A stretch of DNA of 64,000 nucleotides from Terriglobales bacterium (GCA_050745885.1 JBOGLD010000112.1:11386-75385); one strand, 5' to 3'; shown: positions 38,000-47,969, counted from the first letter of the stretch. Notes: generated from the sequence alone by a model not told the origin. Translations and numbers: made by a program.

Positions 38000-39067
38000 T
38001 TGCTCTCATGCGACCCTTGCTCCAGTGCGGATGCCCAGTTGAGCAGGGAGAACCAGTTGCAATCCAATCAGCGAATCACGGGAACAGTGCTGGTTGCCGA
38101 TGATCAATCATCAAACCGAGAGCTATTGGAGGAACTTCTCACCACACAAGGATTCAAAGTCATAACTGCATCAGACGGAGTCGCCGCTCTTGACCAGCTT
38201 GCCAGGGTATCGGCGGACTTGGTGGTTCTGGACGTGATGATGCCTCACATGAACGGGTTTGAAGTATGCGAGAGGATCAAAGCCCACCCCGACACATACT
38301 TGGTACCCGTGATTTTGGTTACGGCATTGTCTGACAAGCAGGACCGGCTGGAGGGAATCAAGGTTGGAGCCGATGACTTTTTGACTCGCCCGGTAGATCG
38401 AACCGAACTGCTTGCTCGTGTAAGGTCGCTCTTGAAGCTCAAGCAGCGCACAGACGAATTGGAGCGAGCCGAATCTGTTCTGTTTACGCTGGCGAGGAGC
38501 ATTGAGGGCAAGGATCCATACACGCACGGTCATTGTGAACGTTTATCAGAGTATTCAGCGCGCCTCGGTGAACACCTCGGGCTCTCAAAAGATCAAATTA
38601 TCGCGTTGCGACGTGCCGGAGTCGTACACGATGTTGGGAAAATTGCGGTACCAGATGCAATTCTGCTAAAGCCCGGTAGCTTGACCGGCGACGAATGGAA
38701 GCTGATACATGAGCACCCGGTCGTGGGCGAACGCATCTGCGCGCCGTTGAAATCGTTTCGTTTCGTGCTTCCGATCATTCGACACCATCACGAAAAATTT
38801 GACGGTTCTGGGTACCCGGATGGACTTCGGGGAGAAGCAATTCCTGTAACCGCCAGGGCACTGCAAATCGTCGATGTTTACGATGCGCTGACCACCGACA
38901 GACCATACAAGAAGGCCTTTTCCATCACCGACGCGCTGCAAACCATGAAACAAGAGGTCAACAAAGGCTGGTGGGATCCTCACATTTTCGACCAGTTCGA
39001 GCGGCTGGTCAGTAGCGGTACTGCAGATTTCCTGTCACGCAGTGCAACTGCAGGCGCGGGGAGTTAA
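38000..39067 (+). CDS. Response regulator with HD-GYP domain (RpfG-type c-di-GMP phosphodiesterase)
   Basis: REC domain (VLVADDQSSNRELL...DLVVLDVMMPHMNGFEV) plus HD-GYP (HGHCERL...VVHDVGKIAVPD...HHEKFDGSGYPDGL). The start is uncertain; TTG at 38000, TTG at 38057 after AGGGAGAA, and GTG at 38087 are all candidates. Confidence 0.85.
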   Translation: MLSCDPCSSADAQLSRENQLQSNQRITGTVLVADDQSSNRELLEELLTTQGFKVITASDGVAALDQLARVSADLVVLDVMMPHMNGFEVCERIKAHPDTYLVPVILVTALSDKQDRLEGIKVGADDFLTRPVDRTELLARVRSLLKLKQRTDELERAESVLFTLARSIEGKDPYTHGHCERLSEYSARLGEHLGLSKDQIIALRRAGVVHDVGKIAVPDAILLKPGSLTGDEWKLIHEHPVVGERICAPLKSFRFVLPIIRHHHEKFDGSGYPDGLRGEAIPVTARALQIVDVYDALTTDRPYKKAFSITDALQTMKQEVNKGWWDPHIFDQFERLVSSGTADFLSRSATAGAGS

Positions 39068-39097
39068 GAACAGGAATATTCCGTGCAGGGAGCACTC

Positions 39098-41140
39098 ATG
39101 AACAAGGTTTTTTGCCCGATTCGGCGACCCATTGCTGTCATCGTCCTCGTCGTGCTCATGGGCTTGGTCAATGAGGCTCTAGGTGATTCGCAACCAGAAC
39201 AAAAGAACGGTGAACCATTGAAGCAGTTGAGCCTGGCTCAACTGGGCGACGTCGAAGTGACCACAGTGTCCAAAGAGCCAGAAGAGGTCTGGAAGATTCC
39301 CGCGGCCATCTTCGTTCTTACGAACGAAGACATTCGTCGCTCGGGGGCTACCAGTATTCCTGAAGTCCTGCGGCTGGTTCCAGGTGTACAGGTAAGCCGA
39401 ATTGATAACGACCATTGGGCGGTAGGGATTCGCGGATTTGCCGACCAGTTCTCCAAGTCCATGCTCGTCATGGTGGATGGTAGGAGCCTTTATACCCCGC
39501 TCTTTGCCGGCGTCTACTGGGCCCTCCAGGACGGAATACTGCTCGAAGATGTTGAACGCATCGAAGTTATTCGCGGCCCCGGGGGCACGATCTGGGGAGC
39601 CAACGCGGTCACCGGAGTAATCAACATCATCACCAAGAGTGCGAAAGAAACCCACGGCGCTCTTGTTTCCGCCGGCGGCGGAAACATCGATCAAGGCATC
39701 GGCGGTTTCCGCTACGGAGCGGGAAACGGCAGCAACTTGGACTACCGCATGTACGGTAAGGGCTTCAGCCGCGGAGCTGGTTTCCATTCTGATGAACAAG
39801 GGTTCGATACCTGGCGAATGGGACAATTAGGCTTCCGAACAGATTGGGATGTTCGAAGCAACGACCATTTAACGATACAGGGCGACATGTACAAAGGCGG
39901 GGTTGGTGAGGCAGTGGGCTTCGGATCGTTCACACCGCCCGAACAAATTATCTCTGATCAGGCTGTGGCGGTATCAGGAGGCAACCTGCTGGCGCGGTGG
40001 CGACACGATCTGCGCGAAGGCTCCGACATCCAAATTCAGGCCTACTACGATCGCACTTATGCCCTCGCCCCTCACTACGAAGAGACGCGCAACACCTTCG
40101 ATGTTGACTTCATTCACCATCTGGTCCTGGGAGCGCGTCAGAATTTCATCTGGGGACTGGGTGCCCGTTTTAGCCCGAGCGAGTTCGTAAAGACCATCCC
40201 CACGCTTGATTTCATCCCTCATGACATCGCAAACAACGTTTACAGCGGATTCGTGCAGGATGAGATCGCCATCGTGCCCAACAAGTTCTCGCTGATGGTT
40301 GGCTCCAAGCTCGAACACAACAACTACACCGGATTCGAGTTCCAGCCGAGCATACGTGGTTTGTGGTCGATCACCCCGCGGCAGACGTTCTGGGCGGCGG
40401 TCACGCGCGCGGTGCGGACTCCCTCCCGCATCGAAGAAGACTTTCACCTTACAGACTTTGGAATCGCCAATCCGCTGATCTACGTCGCAATCGAGGGCAA
40501 CCACCAATTGACATCCGAACGTTTGATTGGTTATGAAGCCGGGTACCGGACGCTGGTAACTCCAAAGTTCTACGTAGATATCGCAGTTTTCCACAATGAC
40601 TATAACGACCTAATCAGCCTTGGAGCACCAGGGTTGACTGTCGACCCCACGCCTACGCCATTGCACTTCACCATTCGCCTGCCCTATGTCAACGGGCTCC
40701 GAGGCAGTACCGACGGATTCGAAGTCGCTCCCGACTGGAGGCCGGCTCCCTGGTGGCAGATGAAGGCCACATATTCTTACCTGAACCTGAATTTAGAGAG
40801 TAAACCGGGAGTGCCTGACGGGGGAGGGTATGTGACCCAGGACGAGGGATCAAGTCCACACAACCAGGTAACCTTCCGATCTCGATTCAATCTTCCCAAA
40901 GGATTTGAGTTTGATCAGACCTACCGCTACATGAGCGCGTTGCCGGCCCAACTGGTGAAGAGCTACAGCACAGCGGATGTGCATTTTGCCTGGCGAGCCA
41001 CCCGACAGTTCGAATTGTCCGTCGCCGGCGAGAACTTATTCCAGCCTCACCATCCCGAGTTCGGCCACGACATTAGCCCCTTGGTTGGGATCAAGCGAAG
41101 CGTCTACGCCCAGATCACGTGGAGACACCCAGAGGATTGA
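39098..41140 (+). CDS. TonB-dependent outer-membrane receptor
   Basis: Signal peptide, plug-domain motifs (VEVTTVSKEPEEVWKIPAAIFVLTNEDIRRSGATSIPEVLRLVPGVQV...IRGF), a long beta-barrel region, and a terminal aromatic-rich strand. Confidence 0.85.
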   Translation: MNKVFCPIRRPIAVIVLVVLMGLVNEALGDSQPEQKNGEPLKQLSLAQLGDVEVTTVSKEPEEVWKIPAAIFVLTNEDIRRSGATSIPEVLRLVPGVQVSRIDNDHWAVGIRGFADQFSKSMLVMVDGRSLYTPLFAGVYWALQDGILLEDVERIEVIRGPGGTIWGANAVTGVINIITKSAKETHGALVSAGGGNIDQGIGGFRYGAGNGSNLDYRMYGKGFSRGAGFHSDEQGFDTWRMGQLGFRTDWDVRSNDHLTIQGDMYKGGVGEAVGFGSFTPPEQIISDQAVAVSGGNLLARWRHDLREGSDIQIQAYYDRTYALAPHYEETRNTFDVDFIHHLVLGARQNFIWGLGARFSPSEFVKTIPTLDFIPHDIANNVYSGFVQDEIAIVPNKFSLMVGSKLEHNNYTGFEFQPSIRGLWSITPRQTFWAAVTRAVRTPSRIEEDFHLTDFGIANPLIYVAIEGNHQLTSERLIGYEAGYRTLVTPKFYVDIAVFHNDYNDLISLGAPGLTVDPTPTPLHFTIRLPYVNGLRGSTDGFEVAPDWRPAPWWQMKATYSYLNLNLESKPGVPDGGGYVTQDEGSSPHNQVTFRSRFNLPKGFEFDQTYRYMSALPAQLVKSYSTADVHFAWRATRQFELSVAGENLFQPHHPEFGHDISPLVGIKRSVYAQITWRHPED

Positions 41141-41145
41141 TCTCC

Positions 41146-41760
41146 ATGAGCCACGCTCGCGACACAGAATCTCCCGGTTACATCCCCCACGGACATCGCG
41201 CTCGGCGTATTTGCCGTCCTCCTCTAGGGCTAATGGCTGTGGCCCTCCTGGGCGCGTTAGTTGCCGCTCCACATCTGCGGGCACAGGGATCGAAGCCTAC
41301 GGACTACGACGTAAAGGCCGTTTATCTCTACAATTTTGGCCGCTTCGTCGAATGGCCTGTCAGTGTCGCGAGCAAAAGTGATTCCTTCAATGTCTGTGTT
41401 TTCGGTCAGGATCCTTTTGGGCCGACCCTCGATTCCACCCTTGCCGGCGAAACCATAGGCGGGAAAAGCGTCGCCGCCAAACGAATCTCTAGTCCGCAGG
41501 AAGCGGTCAGGTGCCAGATCCTGTTCATGAGCGCCACGGAGGACAGTCGGCTAAACAAAATCATGGAAGCCCTCGATAAGGGAGCTGTTCTAACCGTGAG
41601 CGATATGCCGCAATTCTCGCAGCGCGGCGGCATGATCCAGTTTGTCCTTGAAGGGAAGAAAGTTCGCTTTGAGGTCAACCTCACCGCGGTACAACGTGCC
41701 GGCCTCACTCTGAGCTCCGAACTGCTCAAGGTGGCGACCGCCGTAAGGAGAGATCCCTAG
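41146..41760 (+). CDS. YfiR-family (DUF4154) periplasmic protein
   Basis: The hallmark VKAVYLYNFGRFVEWP is present, with a C-terminal GMIQFVLEGKKVRFEVNL...GLTLSSELLKVA. It starts 5 nt after the receptor stop. Confidence 0.7.
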   Translation: MSHARDTESPGYIPHGHRARRICRPPLGLMAVALLGALVAAPHLRAQGSKPTDYDVKAVYLYNFGRFVEWPVSVASKSDSFNVCVFGQDPFGPTLDSTLAGETIGGKSVAAKRISSPQEAVRCQILFMSATEDSRLNKIMEALDKGAVLTVSDMPQFSQRGGMIQFVLEGKKVRFEVNLTAVQRAGLTLSSELLKVATAVRRDP

Positions 41761-41779
41761 CTGGGAGACTGACAAAAAC

Positions 41780-44128
41780 ATGCTCAGAGTCCGCCACTGC
41801 TCGATTACCACGAAGCTGACCAGAATGAACATTATGGTCAGTGGCGCCGCATTGTTGCTGGCCTGCGCGGCGTTTATCGCCTACGACATGGTCAGCTTTC
41901 GAGACGGCCTGGTGCACAACCTGTCGATCGAGGCCCAGGTCGCCGGGTCCAATTCGGTCTCCGCCCTTTTGTTCAGTGATCCGCATTCCGCGGAGAACAC
42001 TTTGTCGGCGCTAAAGGTCGCCCCCAATGTCGTATCGGCGGGAATCTACACGCTGGACGGCCGGCCCTTCGCTACCTATCGGCGAGATGGTGGTAGCCAG
42101 GATCTCAAACTGCCGCTGATCCCCTCTGGACAGGCGGAAACCCACTGGTTCAAGGATGGTCAACTCGTCCTAGTACACATGATCGTGTTTCAGGGCAAGC
42201 CAACCGGCGTCGTGTACATCCGCTCTGATCTACAGGAAATGACGCGACGGTTTAAGAGATATGCGGGAATTGCCGCCATTGTACTGTTGGTTTCACTTAT
42301 TGCCGCCCTTCTAGTTGCATTCTTGTTCCAGCGATCCGTCGCTGAACCCATCGTTCATCTAGCAGAGGTTTCCCGGATCGTTTCCCGCGACAAGAACTAT
42401 TCCATGAGGGCGACTCCGACCGGCAACCATGACGAACCCGATCTCCTGATTGGAGCTTTCAATGAGATGTTGGAACAGATTCAGGAGCGTGAGGGGTCCC
42501 TGCGCAGGGTACACGACGAGCTGGAGCAGCGAGTTCAGGCGCGGACTGCCGAACTGGCCGCCGTTAATAAGGCCCTGGAGCTCCAAAACCGCGAAGTCGA
42601 GCGAGCCACCCGGATGAAGAGCAAGTTCCTGGCCAGCATGAGCCACGAGTTGCGAACTCCACTGAACGCGATAGTGGGCTTTTCGGACCTTCTGGCTGAG
42701 CAAACTGCTGGCCAGCTCAATGACAAACAGAAGCGCTTTGTGAATCATATCAAGCAGGGATCGTCACATCTGTTGCAGCTAATCAACGACATCCTGGACC
42801 TTTCCAAGATCGAGGCCGGACAACTCGAACTCCGCTGCGAGAATTTTCAGGTTAAAGATGCATTACCAGAGGTTCTCTCCACCATCCGTCCCCTAGCCAT
42901 GGCGAAGAATATCCAGGTACATCAGACATTAGAGACGGATTGGGCCGTCTACGCCGACCGGGTTCGCTTCAAGCAGATCCTGTACAACCTGATTAGCAAT
43001 GCCGTCAAGTTCACACCCAAGGAAGGCCGCATCGATATCGATTGCCAGGAGGACGGAAATTCGGTCCGCATATCTGTAACCGATACCGGCATCGGAATTC
43101 GGGCCGAGGATCAGGCACTTATTTTCGAGGAGTTCCGACAGGTTGAGGGAGCGGCTGACGCGACCCATGAAGGCACCGGCCTTGGGCTCGCGATTACGAA
43201 GCGTCTCGTTGAGCAGCAAGGGGGAGAAATTTCCCTGGAAAGCCAGCTTGGCAGAGGCAGCCGATTCGTTTTTACCCTTCCAGCCGGAATCAGAACGGCC
43301 CTTAGCGTTGTTCCGCTTGGTGAGTCGGCGAATGCTCCCGGTGGGTCGAGCGCACGGCGCGTGCAGCCCCTTATCCTGGTGGTGGACGATGAAGTCCCAG
43401 CTCGGGAGCTTCTTGCCAGCTACCTGGACTCGGAATATCAGATCGCCATGGCTGAGTCGGGAGCCGAAGCCGTTACAAGAGCCAAGGAATTGCGTCCGGA
43501 CGCTATCACCTTGGACGTCTTTATGTCGGCCGGAAATGGCTTCGACACCCTAGTCGAGCTAAGAAAAAGGCCTGAGACGGCCCACATTCCGATCATTATT
43601 GTCTCCATCGTGGACCAAAAACAGGTGGGGTTTGCCTTGGGTGCGGCGGACTACCTCATCAAGCCGATTCGCAAACCGGTGCTGCTCGAAGCCGTCCGTA
43701 AACATGTGCCGGCTGCTGCCGATGACGATGACGCCACGATTCTGCTGATCGACGACGATCCCAAGACTCTAGAGTTGTTGGAGGAGACGCTCCGGTCTGC
43801 CGGATACGAGACTCTTAGCGTGCAAAGCGGAGCCAGAGCTTTAGAAGTGCTCTCTTCAAAACTGGTGAGTGCAGTCTTGCTCGATCTGTTGATGCCGGGC
43901 ATGGATGGTTTTGACGTGATCCGGCATGTACGGAAAGAGGTCACTCTGAGAGAACTGCCTATTCTTGTGATGACGGGCAAGACTCTGGCCCAAGAGGAGA
44001 TCGACCTTCTTACTCGCGAAACCCAGGCCCTGTTTCACAAAAACGGCTCGTGGCAGCGACAACTCATTGCCGAGGTGGGCCGGGTTGTTCGGGGCCGCAA
44101 GCTGGCAAAATCCGCGGGGCAGTCATGA
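41780..44128 (+). CDS. Hybrid sensor histidine kinase with N-terminal CHASE8-like sensor region and two C-terminal receiver domains
   Basis: Sensor region (ALLLACAAFIAYDMVSFRDGL...ALLFSDPHSAENTLSALKVAPNVVSAGIY), a second transmembrane helix plus linker, HisKA (FLASMSHELRTPLNAI), HATPase_c (DTGIGI, GTGLGLAI), and two REC domains (ILVVDDEVPAREL..., ILLIDDDPKTLEL...). Confidence 0.85.
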   Translation: MLRVRHCSITTKLTRMNIMVSGAALLLACAAFIAYDMVSFRDGLVHNLSIEAQVAGSNSVSALLFSDPHSAENTLSALKVAPNVVSAGIYTLDGRPFATYRRDGGSQDLKLPLIPSGQAETHWFKDGQLVLVHMIVFQGKPTGVVYIRSDLQEMTRRFKRYAGIAAIVLLVSLIAALLVAFLFQRSVAEPIVHLAEVSRIVSRDKNYSMRATPTGNHDEPDLLIGAFNEMLEQIQEREGSLRRVHDELEQRVQARTAELAAVNKALELQNREVERATRMKSKFLASMSHELRTPLNAIVGFSDLLAEQTAGQLNDKQKRFVNHIKQGSSHLLQLINDILDLSKIEAGQLELRCENFQVKDALPEVLSTIRPLAMAKNIQVHQTLETDWAVYADRVRFKQILYNLISNAVKFTPKEGRIDIDCQEDGNSVRISVTDTGIGIRAEDQALIFEEFRQVEGAADATHEGTGLGLAITKRLVEQQGGEISLESQLGRGSRFVFTLPAGIRTALSVVPLGESANAPGGSSARRVQPLILVVDDEVPARELLASYLDSEYQIAMAESGAEAVTRAKELRPDAITLDVFMSAGNGFDTLVELRKRPETAHIPIIIVSIVDQKQVGFALGAADYLIKPIRKPVLLEAVRKHVPAAADDDDATILLIDDDPKTLELLEETLRSAGYETLSVQSGARALEVLSSKLVSAVLLDLLMPGMDGFDVIRHVRKEVTLRELPILVMTGKTLAQEEIDLLTRETQALFHKNGSWQRQLIAEVGRVVRGRKLAKSAGQS

Positions 44129-44577
44129 CCAAGATTCTTATTGCTGAAGATAATGCCACCAATCGCGAGTTATTCCGCGAATTGCTGGAGGCCCGTGGCT
44201 ACGCCGTTGTCGAGGCGTGCGATGGTGCGGAGGCCCTCCGCATGATCGAACAGGCGCAACCCGACATTCTGCTACTTGATATCGGCATGCCGGTACTGGA
44301 TGGCTTTGCCGTAGTGCGCTCGATCAGGGAGAATCCTGGCATGGCCGCTCTGCCGGTACTCGCGGTTACGGCGTATGCCATGCGTGGAGACCAGGAACGC
44401 GTTCTCTCCTCGGGCTTTGATGGATACCTCTCGAAACCGATCGATGCGAAAGCACTTACCGAGCAACTGGAACGTTTGTTGAGTAAGAAAGAAGACCGGC
44501 ACGCTGCCGCCAGGCAATCCGGGACCGAAGCCACCCGTGAGAAACAAGCAGCAAAAGCCGCGGGCAACCGGAATTAG
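44125..44577 (+). CDS. Single-domain (CheY-like) response regulator
   Basis: The sequence reads MTKILIAEDNATNRELFRELL...DILLLDIGMPVLDG...LAVTAYAMRGD...GYLSKP. Its ATG overlaps the kinase stop as ATGA. Confidence 0.85.
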   Translation: MTKILIAEDNATNRELFRELLEARGYAVVEACDGAEALRMIEQAQPDILLLDIGMPVLDGFAVVRSIRENPGMAALPVLAVTAYAMRGDQERVLSSGFDGYLSKPIDAKALTEQLERLLSKKEDRHAAARQSGTEATREKQAAKAAGNRN

Positions 44578-44596
44578 ACGAGGCTGTTAGCCCGAG

Positions 44597-45280
44597 TCAG
44601 TCCAGTTTCTCTACTTCGGCAATGAATTCCTGGATCGCCTGCCGATTTTGTGCACTGATGTTGGTGAACTGGATTCCCTGTCGCTGTTCTTTTACCCAGA
44701 CGACCACTCCGACCGCATCGATCGCTATTCCGGAATGGGGTAATCGAAAGGATAGTGTCACAGAATCCCGCGGCTGCAGATTACCGATTTCGACCTGAGT
44801 TCCGCCCGAGCTCAGGTTCCAGAGAACTCCCTGCATCGTTCGAAAGCGTGTACTGCAAGTCACCGCTGTCTGGAGTGGAACCCTTGTGTGCCGACGCCGA
44901 TTCTCGAGAAGGGCGCCCCGGACGATGCGGAACAGGCCGGTCAGGCGCTGTCGGTCTACGGGTTTCTGGAGATAGAACGTAGCTCCAAGGGCAAAAACCT
45001 CTTGCATGGTGCGCCTGTCATCACGTCCTGTCACAATGACAATTGGGGCAGATTTGTTCCAGGACGACTTGCGGATCCGGCGCGCAAGATCAAAGCCATT
45101 CATGTTTGGCATTTCCAAATCCAAGAAGATGCCATCAAATTTCTGTTGGTTCACTAGATCAGCTGCTTTCACGCTGTCACTGATCGGACAGACCTCCGCC
45201 TTCAGGGATGTGAAGACTTCGGTCATCAATTCCAGACTTGCAATGTCATCTTCTACGACAAGAAGCTTCAGTGACGCCAT
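44597..45280 (-). CDS. Response-regulator receiver fused to a PilZ domain
   Basis: REC domain (LKLLVVEDDIASLELM...GIFLDLEMPNMNGFDL...IVIVTGRDD) plus PilZ motifs (RRHTRVPL...NLSSGGTQVE). Confidence 0.8.
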   Translation of the reverse strand: MASLKLLVVEDDIASLELMTEVFTSLKAEVCPISDSVKAADLVNQQKFDGIFLDLEMPNMNGFDLARRIRKSSWNKSAPIVIVTGRDDRRTMQEVFALGATFYLQKPVDRQRLTGLFRIVRGALLENRRRHTRVPLQTAVTCSTRFRTMQGVLWNLSSGGTQVEIGNLQPRDSVTLSFRLPHSGIAIDAVGVVVWVKEQRQGIQFTNISAQNRQAIQEFIAEVEKLD

Positions 45281-45326
45281 GCATTGGTCCCTTCTAGTGT
45301 CCTAGGGATGATCCGGTCTCGCCTAA

Positions 45327-45645
45327 CCATGATACGTCCTGCGTCAAAGTCCCCCATATTCCAGCTCAACTAACCCAGTTCTTTTTGAAGCCCAGTTCAG
45401 CAAGACGCTTGTGCCCTCCGCAAACCCTCACTTCAAGTCCTCGGCCATATTTGCCCGCCATGCTTCGCTTTAGCGCCTTTTCATGATTGAGCTTGGCGTG
45501 CTTCCATCGTTGGAGAGGGTTCGGCACAATAGTGCCCGGGGATCCCAGCAGGCTTGCACATCAGCTCATGGTGTGCGGCTTTCGGTTGAGATTCGTGGGT
45601 ATTGAGCAGCGGCTATGGGAGCGGTATTGCGATTCTCCTGGCCAA
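45327..45645 (-). pseudogene. Decayed remnant of a large serine recombinase (paralog of 53617..55182 and 55646..57205)
   Basis: The minus-strand translation, in shifting frames with stops, gives PIAAAQYPRISTE, then AAHHELMCKPAGIPGHYCAE, then NDGSTPSSIMK, then GHKRLAELGFK. These match PIAAAQYLRMSTE, EAAHYEFMCKAAGVPVHYCAE, NDGSTPSSVMK and GHKRLAGLGFK of the intact recombinase at 55646. About 75 codons between the first two blocks are missing. The CAGGAGAA ribosome-binding context is also retained. Confidence 0.75.
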
Positions 45646-46399
45646 CGTAGACGAGACGAAGACTCGGCAGTCGGCGCCGAAACTTCGGCAGGATTCCGCT
45701 AGCCGGCAACGTTACGCCCCTTATGGGTAACCGGTGGTCGCGAGCTAGACCGTGGCGACGAAACTGCTATGAAGACCATGAATGCCGGAGCCAAGAAATC
45801 CTGTGGACGCGGATGGCTTGTTCACGAGTTTGCGGTAAACGGGTGAGTCATCTGCCACTAAAACCTTAAACTCCTGTGGTGGGATATCCATGTTGTCCTC
45901 GAGGGGCCCGATCAAGGGACGCGCCTCCTTGCCCGACTGACGCAAACCGAGAGTCTACATGCCCCAAAAGGGCTGAATCCAGCGAAACTCGAATCTGCAC
46001 TGCGTTACGGCACTCACCCAGCTTACGTAGCGTTATACGTCAATTTGATCCGGCGGAATTGAGAGAGAAGTTCTTTTGAAGCCGTTCTGTCCAGTTCCTT
46101 TGTGCAGCGAGCGTGTTTGCCATGTTACGAGGTGTGCGCGCCGCGGGTCGGATTTCCGACGCTGGAGCCAGAAAAGTCTAGTCTCTCCCAAGCTGAGTGT
46201 ATGAATACCAAAGAGGTGGAGCATCTCCGTCCCCAGTTGACGCCTCGGCGCGGATCGGGTGGGCTGGACGGGATCGAGGTCTCGCTGCCGATGTGGGAGT
46301 AGAACGGCCAAAGTAACTGGCGCCGGGCGAAAGCGATTGACTGAGAAGGCACTCCGGATTACCATCAACTTGATTATCCCAGTTTATCGGAGCGGTGGA

Positions 46400-47068
46400 A
46401 TGCTATCGGCCCGTCTGCAAAAGGTCCTAATCTGCATCATGGTTGTAGTTACGCCGGCTGCCCTGTTGGCAGCGGACTCTGGTATTGCCATGGTGTACAG
46501 TAACGGAGCCGCTAGCCTCAATGGCAGCACTTTGCCAAGATCGTCGGCCATCTTTTCCGGAGATCTGGTGCAAACGACTGCGGGTTCTGTTGCCAAGATC
46601 AACGCTTCGGGCACAAGTTTGATGGTCCTCTCCGACTCCCTGGTGCAATTTGAGGGGAACGCGGTCAAATTGGAGCACGGAGGCATCGCGGTATCGACTT
46701 CAAAAGGAATGGCAACTCAAGCGGGCGAAGTCACCGTGATGCCCAGGGAGAGCGTTTGGACACAGTTTGATGTGACGAAGGTGGATGGCCAGATTCGAAT
46801 CACGGCTCAGAAAGGCGATCTGACCGTCAGCGATGGCGCCGGGACGACCACCCTGGCACAGGGTCAGCAAACCACGCGAGAGGAATCACAACCGCAGCCA
46901 GAGAAGACCAAGAAGAAGAAAAGAAGAAAAGGTGGCGGAGCTGTTCCGGGCGCAAGTGGGGGGATCCTGGACTCTCCCCTCGCGATCGGGATCGGCGTCG
47001 GCGCGGTCGGCGGATTGGCGACATGGGTGCTGCTCCAGAGCGATGAGCCCGTGAGCCCGAGCAAGTAG
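46400..47068 (+). CDS. Hypothetical exported protein with C-terminal Lys/Arg patch and hydrophobic anchor
   Basis: The ATG at 46400 gives a signal-like N-terminus (VLICIMVVVTPAALLAA) and a beta-rich middle region. The C-terminus reads KTKKKKRRKGGG...LAIGIGVGAVGGLATWVLL. I do not recognise a family. Confidence 0.5.
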   Translation: MLSARLQKVLICIMVVVTPAALLAADSGIAMVYSNGAASLNGSTLPRSSAIFSGDLVQTTAGSVAKINASGTSLMVLSDSLVQFEGNAVKLEHGGIAVSTSKGMATQAGEVTVMPRESVWTQFDVTKVDGQIRITAQKGDLTVSDGAGTTTLAQGQQTTREESQPQPEKTKKKKRRKGGGAVPGASGGILDSPLAIGIGVGAVGGLATWVLLQSDEPVSPSK

Positions 47069-47396
47069 GCTGTGGTGTTTTTCTGCAACACTGCTACGTC
47101 TATTCATCCTCCATTCTAACTGGATAAAACTAAGAGAGCCCCGGACAGGACTCGCTGCCCCTTCGAGTCTGAGCTTGATCTCCAGCATGCGTTCCGAGAC
47201 ATGAGGCCCCAAGGGTATGTGGTCAATGACATCTCGATTGCCAAGGGGCTGCGCGTGGGGCCCTGGTCTTCCAACACGAGCATTGTCTAAACCGGGAGAG
47301 GCCCCGAACCGGCGCAAGTCAGCCTACTCGACCATTCTCGGCATCGCCCAGATTCTCTCGGATTAGTGTTTGTTGATGCGATCACGAGGTTTTCGC

Positions 47397-47969
47397 ATGG
47401 CTCAGGTTACGAAGCTAAATGTAAATGGATGCCCGTGCACCATTGATGCGGACGCGGATCTCAGTCTACTCAGCGTCTTGCGCGATCAACTTGATCTGAC
47501 GGGGAGCAAGTACGGCTGTGGGGAAGGACTGTGCGGCGCCTGTACGGTCCTGATCGAGGGCAGTCCCCGCCGGTCATGCATCACCCCGTTGGGCGCCGTC
47601 GGTCAGAAGGAAATCACGACGATTGAAGGCCTTGCCCAGGGTGACCATTTGCATCCGTTGCAGGAGGCCTTTCTTGAGGAGGCAGCGATGCAATGCGCCT
47701 ACTGCACGTCTGGGATGATCATGACGGCCGTTTCGCTCTTGCGCGCGAACCCCAACCCATCCGCCGCCGACATCTCGCATTCCATGGAAGGCAACATATG
47801 CCGCTGTGGAACCCATCCACGTATCGTGGCTGCGATCCAACGGGCGGCGAAAACCATGAATCATTCCATGAAGGAGTCCGCCAATGAGCGGCAAGCCAGA
47901 TTTCCAAATTCCGCTGGAACCCGAACGCTACGAACTTGGCGCGCCGCCCGTGTACCGCTTCGAAGTTGA
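47397..47969 (+). CDS. (2Fe-2S)-binding small subunit of a molybdenum hydroxylase (IorA/CoxS-like)
   Basis: Two [2Fe-2S] cysteine clusters are present: YGCGEGLCGACTV and QCAYCTSGMIM...CRCGTH. The ORF runs 86 nt into the next gene. Confidence 0.85.
   Translation: MAQVTKLNVNGCPCTIDADADLSLLSVLRDQLDLTGSKYGCGEGLCGACTVLIEGSPRRSCITPLGAVGQKEITTIEGLAQGDHLHPLQEAFLEEAAMQCAYCTSGMIMTAVSLLRANPNPSAADISHSMEGNICRCGTHPRIVAAIQRAAKTMNHSMKESANERQARFPNSAGTRTLRTWRAARVPLRS

Noticed and set aside
46886-47317. A 143-aa minus-strand ORF in the gap before the 2Fe-2S subunit gene.
   Set aside because: It overlaps the 3' end of the 46400-47068 gene by about 180 nt, has no family signal and has no clear start context.
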